Below are positions 1-10,168 of a stretch of 64,000 nt of DNA, piece after piece. Position 1 is the first letter of the stretch. Each line of letters starts with the position of its first letter. The translations under genes were made by a program, and so were the position numbers. The notes below the pieces were generated by a model. That model did not search any database, was not told the DNA's origin, and was given only the letters and a program-made list of their open reading frames with translations. Location: NCBI GenBank assembly GCA_003563855.1, contig PWTM01000309.1:18385-82384 (forward strand). The letters are read 5' to 3'. This DNA is from PVC group bacterium (GTDB lineage Bacteria > Verrucomicrobiota > Kiritimatiellia > PWTM01).

Positions 1-526
1 AGTAGAGGCAATCGATGGGGATCAGGCCGATCTCCTGGTCTTCCTTCTTGTTCACCTCGGCCGGGCCGAACCCGCGGCCGATGCGCACGTCCAGCTCCAT
101 CTCCAGCTTGCCGCCGCGGTCCAGCGTCGCGATGTGGTGGTCGGCGTTGAGCACCTCGATCAGGCCGTCGGATTCGATGTCGCCGGCGGTCACTTCGCCG
201 GGCCCCTTGGCGCGCAGGCGAAGGCGGCGTGCCTCGCGGGTATGTGCCTTGAGCAGGACCTTCTTGAGATTGAGGATGATGTCGGTCACGTCCTCGACGA
301 CGCCGGGCAGCGAGCAGAACTCGTGCATGGCGCCCTCGATGCGCACCGCGTAGATGGACGCCCCCTCGATCGAGGAGAGCAGCACGCGGCGGAGTGCGTT
401 CCCGATCGTGCGGCCGTAACCGGCCTCAAAGGCCTCGGCTTCGTAGCGGCCGTAGAGCGGGTCGGCCCCGTCGTCCTTCTTCGCGACGAGGCGCGGCATT
501 TCGAATCGGGCAATACGGATCGGCAT
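1..526 (-). CDS. rpoA: RNA polymerase alpha subunit (5' part; runs off the window start)
   Basis: Not in the ORF track; manual translation from ATG at 526 gives MPIRIARFEMPRLVAKK...GYGRTIGNALRRVLLSSIEGA...HEF; follows rpsD. Confidence 0.97.
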   Translation of the reverse strand, partial: MPIRIARFEMPRLVAKKDDGADPLYGRYEAEAFEAGYGRTIGNALRRVLLSSIEGASIYAVRIEGAMHEFCSLPGVVEDVTDIILNLKKVLLKAHTREARRLRLRAKGPGEVTAGDIESDGLIEVLNADHHIATLDRGGKLEMELDVRIGRGFGPAEVNKKEDQEIGLIPIDCLY

Positions 527-624
527 CGGTCTTCCTCCCAGGACCGGTCGTCAGCCGGCCCGTATGGTGGTACGTCGCGCGACGCCCCCGCGGCGTCCGC
601 GCGCCCGCCTCCGGCGGGGTTGGC

Positions 625-1251
625 TTACTTCGAGTACAGCTCGACTACGCGCTGCTCGTTCACGATCGGGGCGATCTCGTCGCGGGTCGGCAGGTGAAGC
701 ACCTCGCCGCGGAAGGCGGTCTTGTCGAGCGCCAGCCATGGGGCGATCCCGCGAGCCTCGGCGCTTTCCATCCCCGGCTGTGCGAGCGCACGGCTGTTCT
801 CCCGCTCCCGGACCTGCACCGCATCGCCGGCCTTCAGCCGCATCGAGGGAATCGTCGCCTTGCGCCCATTGACGCAGACGTGCCCGTGGCGGACGAACTG
901 GCGGGCGGCGGCGCGCGAAGACGCGAAGCCGAGGCGGTGCACGATCGAGTCGAGCCGCATCTCGAGCATCTGCAGGAGCACTTCGCCGGTCACGCCGCGG
1001 CGGGCGAGCGCCTTGTCGAAGAAGAAATGGAACTGCCCCTCCTGCATGCCATACATGCGGCGGAGGCGCTGCTTCTCGCGCAACTGCGCGCCGTAGTCGG
1101 AGAGCTTGCGGCGCCGCTGCCCGTGCACGCCCGGCGGGGGACGGCCGGTCTGCACCGGGCACTTGGCCATGAAACAGCGGTCGCCCTTGAGGAAGAGCTG
1201 CATGCCCTCCCGGCGGCACATTCTGCAAACGGGTCCCGTGTATCTGCCCAT
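625..1251 (-). CDS. rpsD: 30S ribosomal protein S4
   Basis: MGRYTGPVCRMCRREG...LREKQ...VVELYSK; start reassigned to ATG 1251. Confidence 0.98.
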   Translation of the reverse strand: MGRYTGPVCRMCRREGMQLFLKGDRCFMAKCPVQTGRPPPGVHGQRRRKLSDYGAQLREKQRLRRMYGMQEGQFHFFFDKALARRGVTGEVLLQMLEMRLDSIVHRLGFASSRAAARQFVRHGHVCVNGRKATIPSMRLKAGDAVQVRERENSRALAQPGMESAEARGIAPWLALDKTAFRGEVLHLPTRDEIAPIVNEQRVVELYSK

Positions 1252-1283
1252 CGTCCTCTCCTGAGCCCTTTCTTCCGGCCGTC

Positions 1284-1919
1284 CTAGACGCGCCGCCGCT
1301 TCGGCGGGCGGCATCCGTTGTGCGGCACCGGCGTGACGTCGCGAATCGAGGTGACCGTCAACCCAATGGACTGGAGCGCGCGGATCGCCGATTCGCGGCC
1401 TGCGCCCGGCCCCTGCACGCAGACCTCGACCTCGCGCAGGCCGACGTTGCTCATCGCCGCGCGCGCGGCCTCCTGGGCGACCATGGTCGCGGCGTAGGCC
1501 GTGCTCTTGCGCGAGCCCTTGAAGCCGCACTTCCCGCCCGAACTCCAGGCGAGCGTCGCGCCGCGCGGATCGGTGATCGTCACCTTCGTGTTGTTGAAGG
1601 TCGCGTGGACATACACCACGCCGGTGGGAATCGCGCGGCCGCCCTTGCCACGGAACTTTCGGGGTTTCGCTGCCTCGGCGTCGGCCCCGGCCGCTTCCGC
1701 GGCGCCCTCGCCCCCGGCCGGGGCGGTGTCCGCCGCGGCCGGCGCAGCCGCGGGCTTCGCGGCCGCCTCGTCCCCTGGCTTGGCGGGCGCCTCCGCTGCA
1801 GGCGCGGCGGGCGGCTCGGCCGCGGCGGGCGCGGGCGTCCCTTCGGTCGGCCGCTTGGCGGCCTCGCCGCTCTCCGACGGAGGCGCCTTCTTCGGTTCGT
1901 TTGCGGTGTCTTCTGCCAT
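1284..1919 (-). CDS. rpsK: 30S ribosomal protein S11 with long Ala/Pro/Glu-rich N-terminal extension
   Basis: ATFNNT...GFKGSRKST...[13 protein letters not shown]...[18 protein letters not shown]. Confidence 0.97.
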   Translation of the reverse strand: MAEDTANEPKKAPPSESGEAAKRPTEGTPAPAAAEPPAAPAAEAPAKPGDEAAAKPAAAPAAADTAPAGGEGAAEAAGADAEAAKPRKFRGKGGRAIPTGVVYVHATFNNTKVTITDPRGATLAWSSGGKCGFKGSRKSTAYAATMVAQEAARAAMSNVGLREVEVCVQGPGAGRESAIRALQSIGLTVTSIRDVTPVPHNGCRPPKRRRV

Positions 1920-1950
1920 CGTCCGAATCCCCTGTTCCTGCGACTGCGCC

Positions 1951-2352
1951 TCAGGCGCCGGTCTTCGCCGCCGCTCGCGCCGCCTTGCCCCGCACCGCAC
2001 CGACCGTGCGACGTGGTCCCTTGCGCGTCCGCGCGTTGGTCTTCGTGCGCTGGCCGCGCACCGGCAGCCCGCGGCGGTGCCGCATGCCCCGGTAGCTCGC
2101 GACCGACATGAGCCGGCGGATATTCTGCGAAACTTCGCGCCGAAGGTCGCCCTCGATCCGGTAGTCCTGCTGCAGGATCGCAGCGAGCTGCGTAATCTGC
2201 TCGCCGGTCAGGTCATCGGCCTTCGTCGCCGGATCGATCCCGGCCTTCGCCACGATCGCGCGACCGCGCGCGGGCCCGATGCCGTAGATGTACCGCAGCG
2301 CGTACTCGAGCCGCTTCTTCCCCGGAATCTCGATGCCAAGCACTCTGGGCAT
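1951..2352 (-). CDS. rpsM: 30S ribosomal protein S13
   Basis: IYGIG...EGDLRREV...[22 protein letters not shown]. Confidence 0.98.
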   Translation of the reverse strand: MPRVLGIEIPGKKRLEYALRYIYGIGPARGRAIVAKAGIDPATKADDLTGEQITQLAAILQQDYRIEGDLRREVSQNIRRLMSVASYRGMRHRRGLPVRGQRTKTNARTRKGPRRTVGAVRGKAARAAAKTGA

Positions 2353-2367
2353 AGTCCTACGTCTCCC

Positions 2368-2481
2368 TTATCCCTGCCGCTGCTTGTGCCGCGGGTTCGT
2401 GCAGATCACCCGGACGACGCCCTTGCGCCGGATGACCTTGCACCGCTCACACATTCGTCGGACCGAACTGCGCACCTTCAT
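2368..2481 (-). CDS. rpmJ: 50S ribosomal protein L36 (Zn-binding type)
   Basis: Manual translation [37 protein letters not shown]. Confidence 0.97.
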   Translation of the reverse strand: MKVRSSVRRMCERCKVIRRKGVVRVICTNPRHKQRQG

Positions 2482-2493
2482 CGTCCTTCTCCG

Positions 2494-2706
2494 TCATCCC
2501 GCCGAAACGATCCGTCCCTTCGACAGGTCGCAGGGCGAAAACTCGACCTGCACCCGGCGTCCCGAGGCCGGCCTTTCCGCCGGCTCCGGGTCGCGCCCGG
2601 CCAGGAAGGCCGTAAAACGGTGCCCGTTTTCGAGTTCCGCCACAAAAGCCCGCTTAGCTAACATACGTACCACCCGGGCGTCCAGCACAAAACGTTCATC
2701 CGTCAC
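2494..2706 (-). CDS. infA: Translation initiation factor IF-1-like protein (divergent)
   Basis: ELENGH and V.VEFSPCDLSKGRIV motifs; canonical position between map and rpmJ; central basic loop is degenerate. Confidence 0.75.
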   Translation of the reverse strand: MTDERFVLDARVVRMLAKRAFVAELENGHRFTAFLAGRDPEPAERPASGRRVQVEFSPCDLSKGRIVSAG

Positions 2707-3454
2707 CGCCCGACTCCGTCAGGATCTCCGCCCCGGCCTCGCCCACCGCCACGGTGTGCTCGAAGTGCGCCGAGGGCTGGCCGTCGCGCGTGACCACGGT
2801 CCACCCGTCGCCGAGCACCGTGACGTCCCCAGCGCCGCGGTTCAGCATCGGCTCGATCGCCAGCGTCATACCGGGACGAAGCGTCGGGCCCCGGCCCGGC
2901 GCGCCGAAATTCGGAATCTGCGGCTCCTCGTGCATCGCCCGCCCGATCCCGTGCCCGACGAAGTCGCGGACGACCGAAAACCCGGCCGCCTTCGCCGTCG
3001 ACTCGATCGCATGCGAAAGATCCGAAACCCGCGCGCCGGGCCGCGCGGCCGCGACGGCCGCCTCCAGCGCCTGCCGCGCCACATCGACCAGCCGTATCGC
3101 TTCCACGTCGGAGACGCCAACCATGACCGTCGTTGCCGTATCGCCGACGAACCCGTCGAAAACCACCCCCACGTCCAGGCTGACCAGGTCGCCCATCCGG
3201 ATGCGCCGCGCACCCGGCACCCCGTGGACAACCTCTTCGTTCACCGACGCGCAGATGTGTCCCGGGTACCCCCGGTAGCCCTTGAACGCGCTGCGCGCCC
3301 CGTACTCCCGGATCAACTCCGCCGCCAGCGCGTCCAGGTCGCCGGTCGTCACTCCCGGCCGCGTCTCCGCGGCAATCCGATCGCGGACCGACGCCGCGAT
3401 GCGGTTGCTGCGTCGCATCCGGTCGAGGTCGGCCGGTGACTTGATCGGGATCAT
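2696..3454 (-). CDS. map: Methionine aminopeptidase type I
   Basis: SVNEEVVHG, DVG...GDTA, GHGIG...MHEEP, IEPM, SAHFEHT; ATG overlaps adk stop (ATGA). Confidence 0.97.
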   Translation of the reverse strand: MIPIKSPADLDRMRRSNRIAASVRDRIAAETRPGVTTGDLDALAAELIREYGARSAFKGYRGYPGHICASVNEEVVHGVPGARRIRMGDLVSLDVGVVFDGFVGDTATTVMVGVSDVEAIRLVDVARQALEAAVAAARPGARVSDLSHAIESTAKAAGFSVVRDFVGHGIGRAMHEEPQIPNFGAPGRGPTLRPGMTLAIEPMLNRGAGDVTVLGDGWTVVTRDGQPSAHFEHTVAVGEAGAEILTESGGDG

Positions 3455-4107
3455 GCCTCCGGCGGGGGGACGTGCGCCAGGATGCGATCGCGCGTCTCCT
3501 CGCGCGCCCCCGCGGCCGGAACCTCGACCAGCACGTTCTGGCGGCGGTACACCTCGATGAGTCCTTCCGTCTGGCGCCGGTAGACCGCCAGGCGGTTGCG
3601 CACGGTCGCCTCGGTGTCGTCCGGTCGCTGCACGGTCTCCCCGCCGCACCGGTCGCAGACGCCGTCGACTTTCGTCGGGATGTTCCGCACGTGGTAGACC
3701 GCGCCGCAGGCACGGCAGATGCGCCGCCCCGCGAGGCGGTCGACCAGCACCTCTTCCGGAACCTCGAGCTGAAAGACCGCGCAGAGCCGCCCGCCGACGT
3801 CGCGCAGTACCGTTTCGAGACCGCTGGCCTGGGCTTCCGTGCGGGGGAAACCGTCGAAGAGGTAGCGCGCGTTCTTCGCGCCCGCGGCGAGCCGCTCGCG
3901 GACGATCCCGAGGATCACCTCGTCCGGCACCAGCTCCCCCTTCTCCATGTAGCTCTTCGCCTCGAGCCCGACCGGGGAGCCGGCCTTGACGGCCTCGCGC
4001 AACATGTCGCCCGTCGAGACGTGCTGCAGCCCCGTCGATTCCGTCAGCATCGAGGCCACCGTTCCTTTGCCCGCACCCGGCGCGCCCAGCAGAATGAATG
4101 CGTCCAT
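3451..4107 (-). CDS. adk: Adenylate kinase (Zn-type LID)
   Basis: GAPGAGKGT, STGDMLR, DGFPRT, CRAC...CDRC, QRPDD; start ATG 4107. Confidence 0.97.
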   Translation of the reverse strand: MDAFILLGAPGAGKGTVASMLTESTGLQHVSTGDMLREAVKAGSPVGLEAKSYMEKGELVPDEVILGIVRERLAAGAKNARYLFDGFPRTEAQASGLETVLRDVGGRLCAVFQLEVPEEVLVDRLAGRRICRACGAVYHVRNIPTKVDGVCDRCGGETVQRPDDTEATVRNRLAVYRRQTEGLIEVYRRQNVLVEVPAAGAREETRDRILAHVPPPEA

Positions 4108-4124
4108 TGTCCCGTCCCCGTGTC

Positions 4125-5468
4125 CTAGCGCCGCGAGCGCAGTTTGCCCTTCTTCAGGAACCCGTCGTAGTGCCGCATGAGCAGGTGCGACTCCACCTGT
4201 CGCATCGTGTCGAGCATGACGCCCACGATGATCAGCAGGCTCGTACCGCCGAAGAAGGAGCTGACGATCCAGGGCACACCAAACTGGCGGGCCAGGATCA
4301 TCGGCATCACGGCGATGGCCGTCAGAAACACGGCGCCGGCCAGCGTGATCCTCGTCATGGTCCGGTCCAGGAAGTCCGCGGTCGGCCGGCCGGGCCGGAT
4401 CCCGGGCACGTACCCGCCGTACTTCTTGAGGTCGTCGGCGATCTGGACGGGGTTGAACTGGGTGGCGACCCAGAAGTAGGAGAAGAAGAGAATCAGCAGC
4501 GCGTAGAGGGCGGTGTGCAGCGGGGTTCCGTAGTCGACCTGCGCGGCCATGCTGCGGCCGACGGCGCCCATCCGGCGCAGGATCTGGGGCGGGAACATCA
4601 GCAGCGCGGAGGCGAAGATGATCGGCATGACGCCGGCGTAGTTCACGCGCAACGGCATGTAGGTGCTCTGTCCGCCGTAGACCTTGCGGCCGACCACCCG
4701 CTTGGCGTACTGCACGGGGATCTTGCGCTGCGCCTGCGTCACGGCGACGACGGCGGCGACGACGAGGAAGATCAGCACCAGCAGACCGACGAGGTGGAAG
4801 ACGTTGAACTGGGCCACCCCGTCCACCCGGCGGAACATCTGCACCAGCGCCTGGATCGCGCCGGGCAGCCGGCTGACGATACTGACGGTGATGATCAGCG
4901 AGATGCCGTTGCCGATGCCCCGTTCCGTCATCTGCTCGCCGAGCCACATCAGCAGCATCGTGCCCGTGGTCAGGGTAATGACGGTCAGTACGACGAACGG
5001 CACGGGGGCCATGAAGACGATGGGGCGATCGATGCCGAAGGTCGCCGGGTTACGGAGGCCGACGGCCATCACGCCTCCCTGGACGATGCAGAGGGCGACG
5101 GTCAGGTACCGGGTGTACTGTGTGATCTTCTGCCGCCCGCTCTCGCCCTCGCGGGCGAGCCGCTCGAGCGCGGGGACGACCGCCGTCATGAGCTGGAGGA
5201 TGATCGAGGCGCTGATGTAGGGCATGATGCCGAGCGCGCCGACGGCGGCCCGTTCGAAGGCCCCCCCGCTGAAGAGGTCGTAGAGCGCAAGAAACCCGCC
5301 CCCTGCCCGGTGGTGGATATCGGCGATCACCTCGCGCAGCGCCACCGCATCGACCCCGGGCGTCGGGACCATCGCGACGATCCGCGTCGCGAAGACCAGC
5401 CCGAGCGTGAAGAGGATGCGCTGCCGCAGCTCGGGGATCTTCAGGCTGTTGGTAAAGGCGGAGAGCAT
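4125..5468 (-). CDS. secY: Preprotein translocase SecY
   Basis: LGIMPYISASII, GIGNGISLII, GYVPGIRPG, FGGTSLLI. Confidence 0.99.
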   Translation of the reverse strand: MLSAFTNSLKIPELRQRILFTLGLVFATRIVAMVPTPGVDAVALREVIADIHHRAGGGFLALYDLFSGGAFERAAVGALGIMPYISASIILQLMTAVVPALERLAREGESGRQKITQYTRYLTVALCIVQGGVMAVGLRNPATFGIDRPIVFMAPVPFVVLTVITLTTGTMLLMWLGEQMTERGIGNGISLIITVSIVSRLPGAIQALVQMFRRVDGVAQFNVFHLVGLLVLIFLVVAAVVAVTQAQRKIPVQYAKRVVGRKVYGGQSTYMPLRVNYAGVMPIIFASALLMFPPQILRRMGAVGRSMAAQVDYGTPLHTALYALLILFFSYFWVATQFNPVQIADDLKKYGGYVPGIRPGRPTADFLDRTMTRITLAGAVFLTAIAVMPMILARQFGVPWIVSSFFGGTSLLIIVGVMLDTMRQVESHLLMRHYDGFLKKGKLRSRR

Positions 5469-5484
5469 GATCGACCGTCCCGGT

Positions 5485-5928
5485 TCAGTCCTTGACTACG
5501 GTGCAGGTTCCGCCGGCCGCCTCGATCTTCGCGCGGGCGGCGCTGCTGAAGGCGTGCGCCTTGACCTCGAGGCGACGGGTGATTTCGCCCTGCGCGAGGA
5601 TCTTGACCGGGCCGGCGCCGCAGGCCAGGCCGGCCGCCCGGAGCGTCGCGGGCGAAACCTCCGTCCCGGCCTCGAACGCCTCGAGGGCGCCGACGTTGAC
5701 CGGCAGGTAGACCGTGCCGAACGCCTGGTTGAACCCGCGTTTCGGCAGGCGGCGGATCAACGGCATCTGGCCGCCTTCAAACGTCGGCCGCGTCTTGCTG
5801 CCGGCGCGCGCATGCTGGCCCTTGTGGCCCCGGCCGGCCGTCTTGCCCCACCCCGATGACTCGCCGCGACCGACGCGCTGCGTGCGCTTCCGGCTGCCGG
5901 GATTGCTCTTCAATGCGTGAAGCTTCAT
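5485..5928 (-). CDS. rplO: 50S ribosomal protein L15
   Basis: RVGRG.SSGWGKTAGRGHKGQ...FEGGQMPL.RRLPKRGF. Confidence 0.98.
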   Translation of the reverse strand: MKLHALKSNPGSRKRTQRVGRGESSGWGKTAGRGHKGQHARAGSKTRPTFEGGQMPLIRRLPKRGFNQAFGTVYLPVNVGALEAFEAGTEVSPATLRAAGLACGAGPVKILAQGEITRRLEVKAHAFSSAARAKIEAAGGTCTVVKD

Positions 5929-5946
5929 GGCGATTCCCCGGCCGCC

Positions 5947-6465
5947 TCAGGCGACGGCGCTGCGCAGCGCCTTCACGTCCTCGTAGCGGCGAAGCTGGTT
6001 GAGCGCCTCGACGGTGGCGCGCGTGACATTCAGCGGGCTGTCGCTGCCCATGGACTTGGCGAGCACATCGCGGACGCCGGCCAGCTCGAGCACGGCCCGG
6101 ACGGCGCCGCCGGCGATGACGCCGGTCCCCTCGGAGGCGGGCTTCAGCAGGACGCGCCCGCCGGCATAGCGGCCGATGACCTCGTGCGGGATTGTCCGCC
6201 CCTTGAGCGTGACGGGGAAGAGCCCGCGTCGGGCCAGCTCGCCGCCTTTGCGGATCGCCTCGGCCACCTCGTTGGCCTTGCCGAGCGCGAAGCCTACCCG
6301 GCCCTTGCGGTCGCCGACGATGACCAGCGAGCTGAAACTGAAGCGGCGGCCGCCCTTGACCACCTTCGAGCAACGGTTGACGAAAACCACGCGCTCCTCG
6401 AGGTCGCCCTCCTGGGGCGTGCGCTCGCGGCGGCCTCTCGGTTCTCTTGTACTGCGTCTCTGCAC
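5947..6465 (-). CDS. rpsE: 30S ribosomal protein S5
   Basis: [15 protein letters not shown]...[15 protein letters not shown]. Confidence 0.98.
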   Translation of the reverse strand: MQRRSTREPRGRRERTPQEGDLEERVVFVNRCSKVVKGGRRFSFSSLVIVGDRKGRVGFALGKANEVAEAIRKGGELARRGLFPVTLKGRTIPHEVIGRYAGGRVLLKPASEGTGVIAGGAVRAVLELAGVRDVLAKSMGSDSPLNVTRATVEALNQLRRYEDVKALRSAVA

Positions 6466-6484
6466 GGGATTTCTCCTTGCCGTC

Positions 6485-6847
6485 TCAGAACTTCAGGCCC
6501 GCTTGTCGGGCCGCCTCGGCCAGCGCGGCGATCCGGCCGCCGTAGCGGAAGCCGCCGCGATCGAAGACGACGGTCTCGATGCCCTGCGCGCGCGCCGCCT
6601 CGGCGGCCAGCCGCCCCAGGGCGCGGGCCGTCTCGAGGGTCGGATGCCCCCCCTGCGCGCGCAGCGGTTCGGACTGCGTCGAGACGGCCGCCAGCGTGCG
6701 GGCGGCCATGTCGTCGATAAACTGCACGTAGATATGGCGCTGGCTCACGAAAACGCTCATGCGCGGGCGCTCCGCGGTGCCGCGAATCTTGCGGCGCAGG
6801 CGCAGGTGCCGGCGCACGCGGTATTCCTGTTTCGTCCTCGGTCTCAT
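6485..6847 (-). CDS. rplR: 50S ribosomal protein L18
   Basis: GTAERPR...[26 protein letters not shown]. Confidence 0.98.
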   Translation of the reverse strand: MRPRTKQEYRVRRHLRLRRKIRGTAERPRMSVFVSQRHIYVQFIDDMAARTLAAVSTQSEPLRAQGGHPTLETARALGRLAAEAARAQGIETVVFDRGGFRYGGRIAALAEAARQAGLKF

Positions 6848-6849
6848 GG

Positions 6850-7386
6850 TCAGGCCACCGTCTTCCCGGCTTTACGCCGCACTTGCTCATCCCGGTATCG
6901 CACGCCCTTGCCCTTGTACGGCTCGGCCGGGGAAAAGCCCCGGATGCGCGCGCTTACGTCGCCCACCTGCTGCTTGTCGGCCCCCGAGACGGTCAGGTGC
7001 GTCGCGTCGGGCGCCGTCACCGTCACCCCCTCCGGCACCGCGAACTCGATCGGGTGCGAGAACCCCAGGTTCAGGACGAGCGATTGGCCCTGGACCTGGG
7101 CGCGGTAGCCAACCCCCTGGATCTCGAGCGAACGCTCGAACCCGCGGGTCACGCCCTCGACCATGTTCGCGATCAGACTCCGCGCGGTGCCGTGCATCGC
7201 CCGAAGCTCCGACGTCTCCGCCGCCCGCTCGACCGTGAGCTGGGCGCCCTCCTGCCGCACCGTGATCCCTTCCGGGCACCGCCAGCTCCGCTCGCCCTTC
7301 GGCCCACGCACTGTCACCGCGGATCCCTCGATCGCAACGGTCACCCCCGCGGGAACGGGAATCGGTTTCTTCCCCACTCTCGACAT
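6850..7386 (-). CDS. rplF: 50S ribosomal protein L6
   Basis: MSRVGKKPI...GVGYRA...EPYKGKGVRY. Confidence 0.98.
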   Translation of the reverse strand: MSRVGKKPIPVPAGVTVAIEGSAVTVRGPKGERSWRCPEGITVRQEGAQLTVERAAETSELRAMHGTARSLIANMVEGVTRGFERSLEIQGVGYRAQVQGQSLVLNLGFSHPIEFAVPEGVTVTAPDATHLTVSGADKQQVGDVSARIRGFSPAEPYKGKGVRYRDEQVRRKAGKTVA

Positions 7387-7423
7387 GATCGCTTCCTCGC
7401 TGCACCGGCCCCGGGGGCCGCGC

Positions 7424-7822
7424 TTACCAGACCTGACAAAGCACCTCGCCGCCGACCCGCGCGCGCCGGGCCTCGCGGTCGGTCATGAGCCCGGAGGACG
7501 TGGTCAGAATCGCCACACCGATCCCATGCAAAACGCGCGGCACGCGGTCGGCGCCGACATAGTCGCGCCGGCCCGGCCGGCTCACCCGCCGCAACCCCTG
7601 GATCACCGGCTGCTCATCGGCGGTGTACTTCAGCCGCACCTGGAGCGCCCGCTTCGCCCCTTCGCCCTCGACGCCAAAGCCGGCGATGAACCCCTCGCGC
7701 TCGAGGAGCCGGGCGATCTCGCGCTTCATCCGCGAGTAGGGCATGCGCACTTCCGGCTGCCGCGCGGCGCTCCCGTTGCGAATGCGCGTCAGCATGTCCG
7801 CGATCGGATCCGAACCACTCAT
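7424..7822 (-). CDS. rpsH: 30S ribosomal protein S8
   Basis: DPIADMLTRIRN...SRPGRR...GGEVLC. Confidence 0.98.
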   Translation of the reverse strand: MSGSDPIADMLTRIRNGSAARQPEVRMPYSRMKREIARLLEREGFIAGFGVEGEGAKRALQVRLKYTADEQPVIQGLRRVSRPGRRDYVGADRVPRVLHGIGVAILTTSSGLMTDREARRARVGGEVLCQVW

Positions 7823-7843
7823 CCGTAAACCTCCGCCCGCCGG

Positions 7844-8029
7844 CTACCAGCTCGCCTTGATCACGCCCGGCAGCTTGCCCTGCGAGGCCAGCTCCCGGAA
7901 GCAGATCCGGCACATTTCGAACTTCTGCATGTACGCGCGGCGCCGCCCGCACCGGGAACACCGGCGCACGCGCCGGACCGGGAACTTCGGGGTCCGCTTC
8001 GCCTTCGCTATCCACGATTTCTTCGCCAA
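7844..8029 (-). CDS. rpsN: 30S ribosomal protein S14 (short Zn-binding type Z)
   Basis: 61 aa; RCSRCGR...CRICFRELA...[11 protein letters not shown] start. Confidence 0.97.
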   Translation of the reverse strand: MAKKSWIAKAKRTPKFPVRRVRRCSRCGRRRAYMQKFEMCRICFRELASQGKLPGVIKASW

Positions 8030-8048
8030 GGTCTGTTCCTCCGGTCCG

Positions 8049-8588
8049 CTACCGCGCGAACGGCATCCCGAGGAGGCGGAGCAATTCCTGCGCCTCCCCG
8101 TCCGTGCCGGCCGTCGTTACGAACGTGATATCCATCCCCTGCACCCGCTTGACCCGGTCCGGGTCGATCTCGGGGAAGATCGACTGCTCCTTCACGCCCA
8201 GCGTGTAGTTGCCTGACCCGTCGAAACTGCGCGGGGAGATGCCGCGGAAGTCCCGGATACGCGGGAGGGCGGTATTCACGAGGCGATCGAGAAACTCGTA
8301 CATGCGCGCGCCGCGCAGCGTGACCTTCGCGCCCACGGGCATGCCCTGCCGGAGCTTGAAGTTCGAAATGCTCTTGCGCGCCTTCGTCACGATCGGTCGC
8401 TGGCCGGTGATCCGGGCCAGGTCGTCGGTCACGGCCTTGAGCGCATCGCGATCGACGTCGGTGCTGACGCCGATGTTGACCACGATGCGGGTCAGGCGCG
8501 GAATCTGCATCGCATTGGCGTAGCCCCGGCTCTCGCGCAGGGCCGCCTGCACCTTCGTTCGATAGTGCTCACTCAGTCGCGCCGTCAT
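8049..8588 (-). CDS. rplE: 50S ribosomal protein L5
   Basis: ITGQRP...FKLRQG...LPRIRDFRG...GMDIT; ATG 8588 has an upstream AAGGAAG (alternative start 8606). Confidence 0.97.
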   Translation of the reverse strand: MTARLSEHYRTKVQAALRESRGYANAMQIPRLTRIVVNIGVSTDVDRDALKAVTDDLARITGQRPIVTKARKSISNFKLRQGMPVGAKVTLRGARMYEFLDRLVNTALPRIRDFRGISPRSFDGSGNYTLGVKEQSIFPEIDPDRVKRVQGMDITFVTTAGTDGEAQELLRLLGMPFAR

Positions 8589-8627
8589 CGTCGTTGCTTC
8601 CTTCATGCCAGCCCCGGGGCGTGTCCC

Positions 8628-8876
8628 CTACTCCGTCGCCTTGTCCACGCGGCGGAGGTTGGACACCGCCATGGGCGCCTCCCGTTCCACGATGCCGCCC
8701 TGCGGGTTGTCCTGGCTCTTGCGCATGTGCTTCTTGACCGTGTGCAGCCCCTCGACGATGGCGCGTCCCTCGCGAGGCAGCACGCGCAGCACCTTGCCGC
8801 GCTTGCCCTTGTCGGCCCCCGCGATGGCGACCACCGTGTCCCCGCGACGGAGGCGGCATTTTGCGCGCGCGGCCAT
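8628..8876 (-). CDS. rplX: 50S ribosomal protein L24 (short, 82 aa)
   Basis: [18 protein letters not shown]...GGIVEREAP...SN. Confidence 0.96.
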   Translation of the reverse strand: MAARAKCRLRRGDTVVAIAGADKGKRGKVLRVLPREGRAIVEGLHTVKKHMRKSQDNPQGGIVEREAPMAVSNLRRVDKATE

Positions 8877-9241
8877 CACACCACCTCCGGGGCCAGCGAG
8901 ATGATCTTCATGAAATTCTTCTCCCGCAGTTCGCGCGCGACCGGTCCGAAGATGCGCGAACCGCGCGGGTTCATCTGGTCGTCGACCAGCACCACGGCGT
9001 TGTGGTCGAAGCGCAGCGAGGACCCGTCTGCCCGGGGAATCGGGTAGCACGTGCGCACCACGATTGCCTTGTGCACCTCGCCCTTCTTGACCGCCCCGCG
9101 AGGCTGGGCCTCCTTGACCGACACACGGATCAGGTCCCCGATCCGCGCGTAGCGGCGGCGGTGGCCGAGTACGCGGATACACTGCGCGCGCTGCGCGCCG
9201 GTGTTGTCGGCCACGTCCAGGTTGGTCAGCACCCCGATCAT
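8876..9241 (-). CDS. rplN: 50S ribosomal protein L14
   Basis: VADNTGA...[11 protein letters not shown]...[10 protein letters not shown]. Confidence 0.98.
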   Translation of the reverse strand: MIGVLTNLDVADNTGAQRAQCIRVLGHRRRYARIGDLIRVSVKEAQPRGAVKKGEVHKAIVVRTCYPIPRADGSSLRFDHNAVVLVDDQMNPRGSRIFGPVARELREKNFMKIISLAPEVV

Positions 9242-9537
9242 GACGCGGTCTCCCCGGCCGGCGCCGCAGCCGAACGCACGACCTCGAGCAGCCGCCAGCG
9301 CTTGAGCCGGCTCATGGGACGCGTCTCGACGACGCGGACCTCGTCGCCCACCCGCGCCCGATTCTCGGGATCGTGCACGTGCAGCCGCGTAAACCGCCGG
9401 ACCACCTTGCCGAGCAGGGGATGCCGGTACCGCCGCTCGACGGCCACGACCACGGTCTTGTCCATCGCGTCGCTCACGACGCGACCCACGCGCTGCTTGC
9501 GGCGTCCGCGTGTTCCGCCGGCACTCGCCTCAGTCAT
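9238..9537 (-). CDS. rpsQ: 30S ribosomal protein S17
   Basis: [14 protein letters not shown]...[11 protein letters not shown]. Confidence 0.97.
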   Translation of the reverse strand: MTEASAGGTRGRRKQRVGRVVSDAMDKTVVVAVERRYRHPLLGKVVRRFTRLHVHDPENRARVGDEVRVVETRPMSRLKRWRLLEVVRSAAAPAGETAS

Positions 9538-9733
9538 CGGCCTCTCTCCTGCGCTCGTTCGTCACGGTCCGTACCCGCGCCCGATCCCGCCGCAGCAGGC
9601 GGATGCGGGACGGGTTCTCGACCTGCGCCGTCGCCTGCTGCATCCGCAGGTGGAACAGCTCGCGGTCCACCTCGCGCCCCCGCTGCGCGAGTTCTTCGTC
9701 CGTCAGCTCCCTGAACGTCTTCGCCTTCGTCAT
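9530..9733 (-). CDS. rpmC: 50S ribosomal protein L29
   Basis: RELTDEEL...ELFHLRMQ...NPSRIR..RRD.ARV.T. Confidence 0.96.
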   Translation of the reverse strand: MTKAKTFRELTDEELAQRGREVDRELFHLRMQQATAQVENPSRIRLLRRDRARVRTVTNERRREADD

Positions 9734-9748
9734 CCCCGGCTCCCCCGC

Positions 9749-10168
9749 TCATGCCCCGGCGTGCCGCTGCAGGAAGCGCGTCGCGATCGGCAGCTTGAAC
9801 GCCGCCAGCCGCATCGCCTCGCGCGCGACCGGTTCGGGCACGCCGTCGATCTCGAACAGTACACGCCCCGGGCGCACCACGGCCACCCAGGCCTCGGTCG
9901 CGCCCTTGCCCTTGCCCATGCGTACTTCCAGCGGCTTCTTCGAGACCGGCTTGTCGGGAAACACGCGGACCCAGAGCCGGCCCTTGCGCTTCGTCGCGCG
10001 GTTGATCGCCACGCGGCAGGCCTCGAGCTGGATGTTCGTGATCCATGCCCGCTCCATCGCCTGGAGCGCGTACGCCCCGAACGCCACGCCGGTCCCGGAT
10101 TGCGCCGTGCCCGCGCGGCTGCCCCGCTGCTGCTTGCGGAACTTAATCCGTTTAGGCATAAGCGGCAT
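9749..10168 (-). CDS. rplP: 50S ribosomal protein L16
   Basis: [14 protein letters not shown]...FPDKP...RMGKGKG. Confidence 0.98.
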   Translation of the reverse strand: MPLMPKRIKFRKQQRGSRAGTAQSGTGVAFGAYALQAMERAWITNIQLEACRVAINRATKRKGRLWVRVFPDKPVSKKPLEVRMGKGKGATEAWVAVVRPGRVLFEIDGVPEPVAREAMRLAAFKLPIATRFLQRHAGA

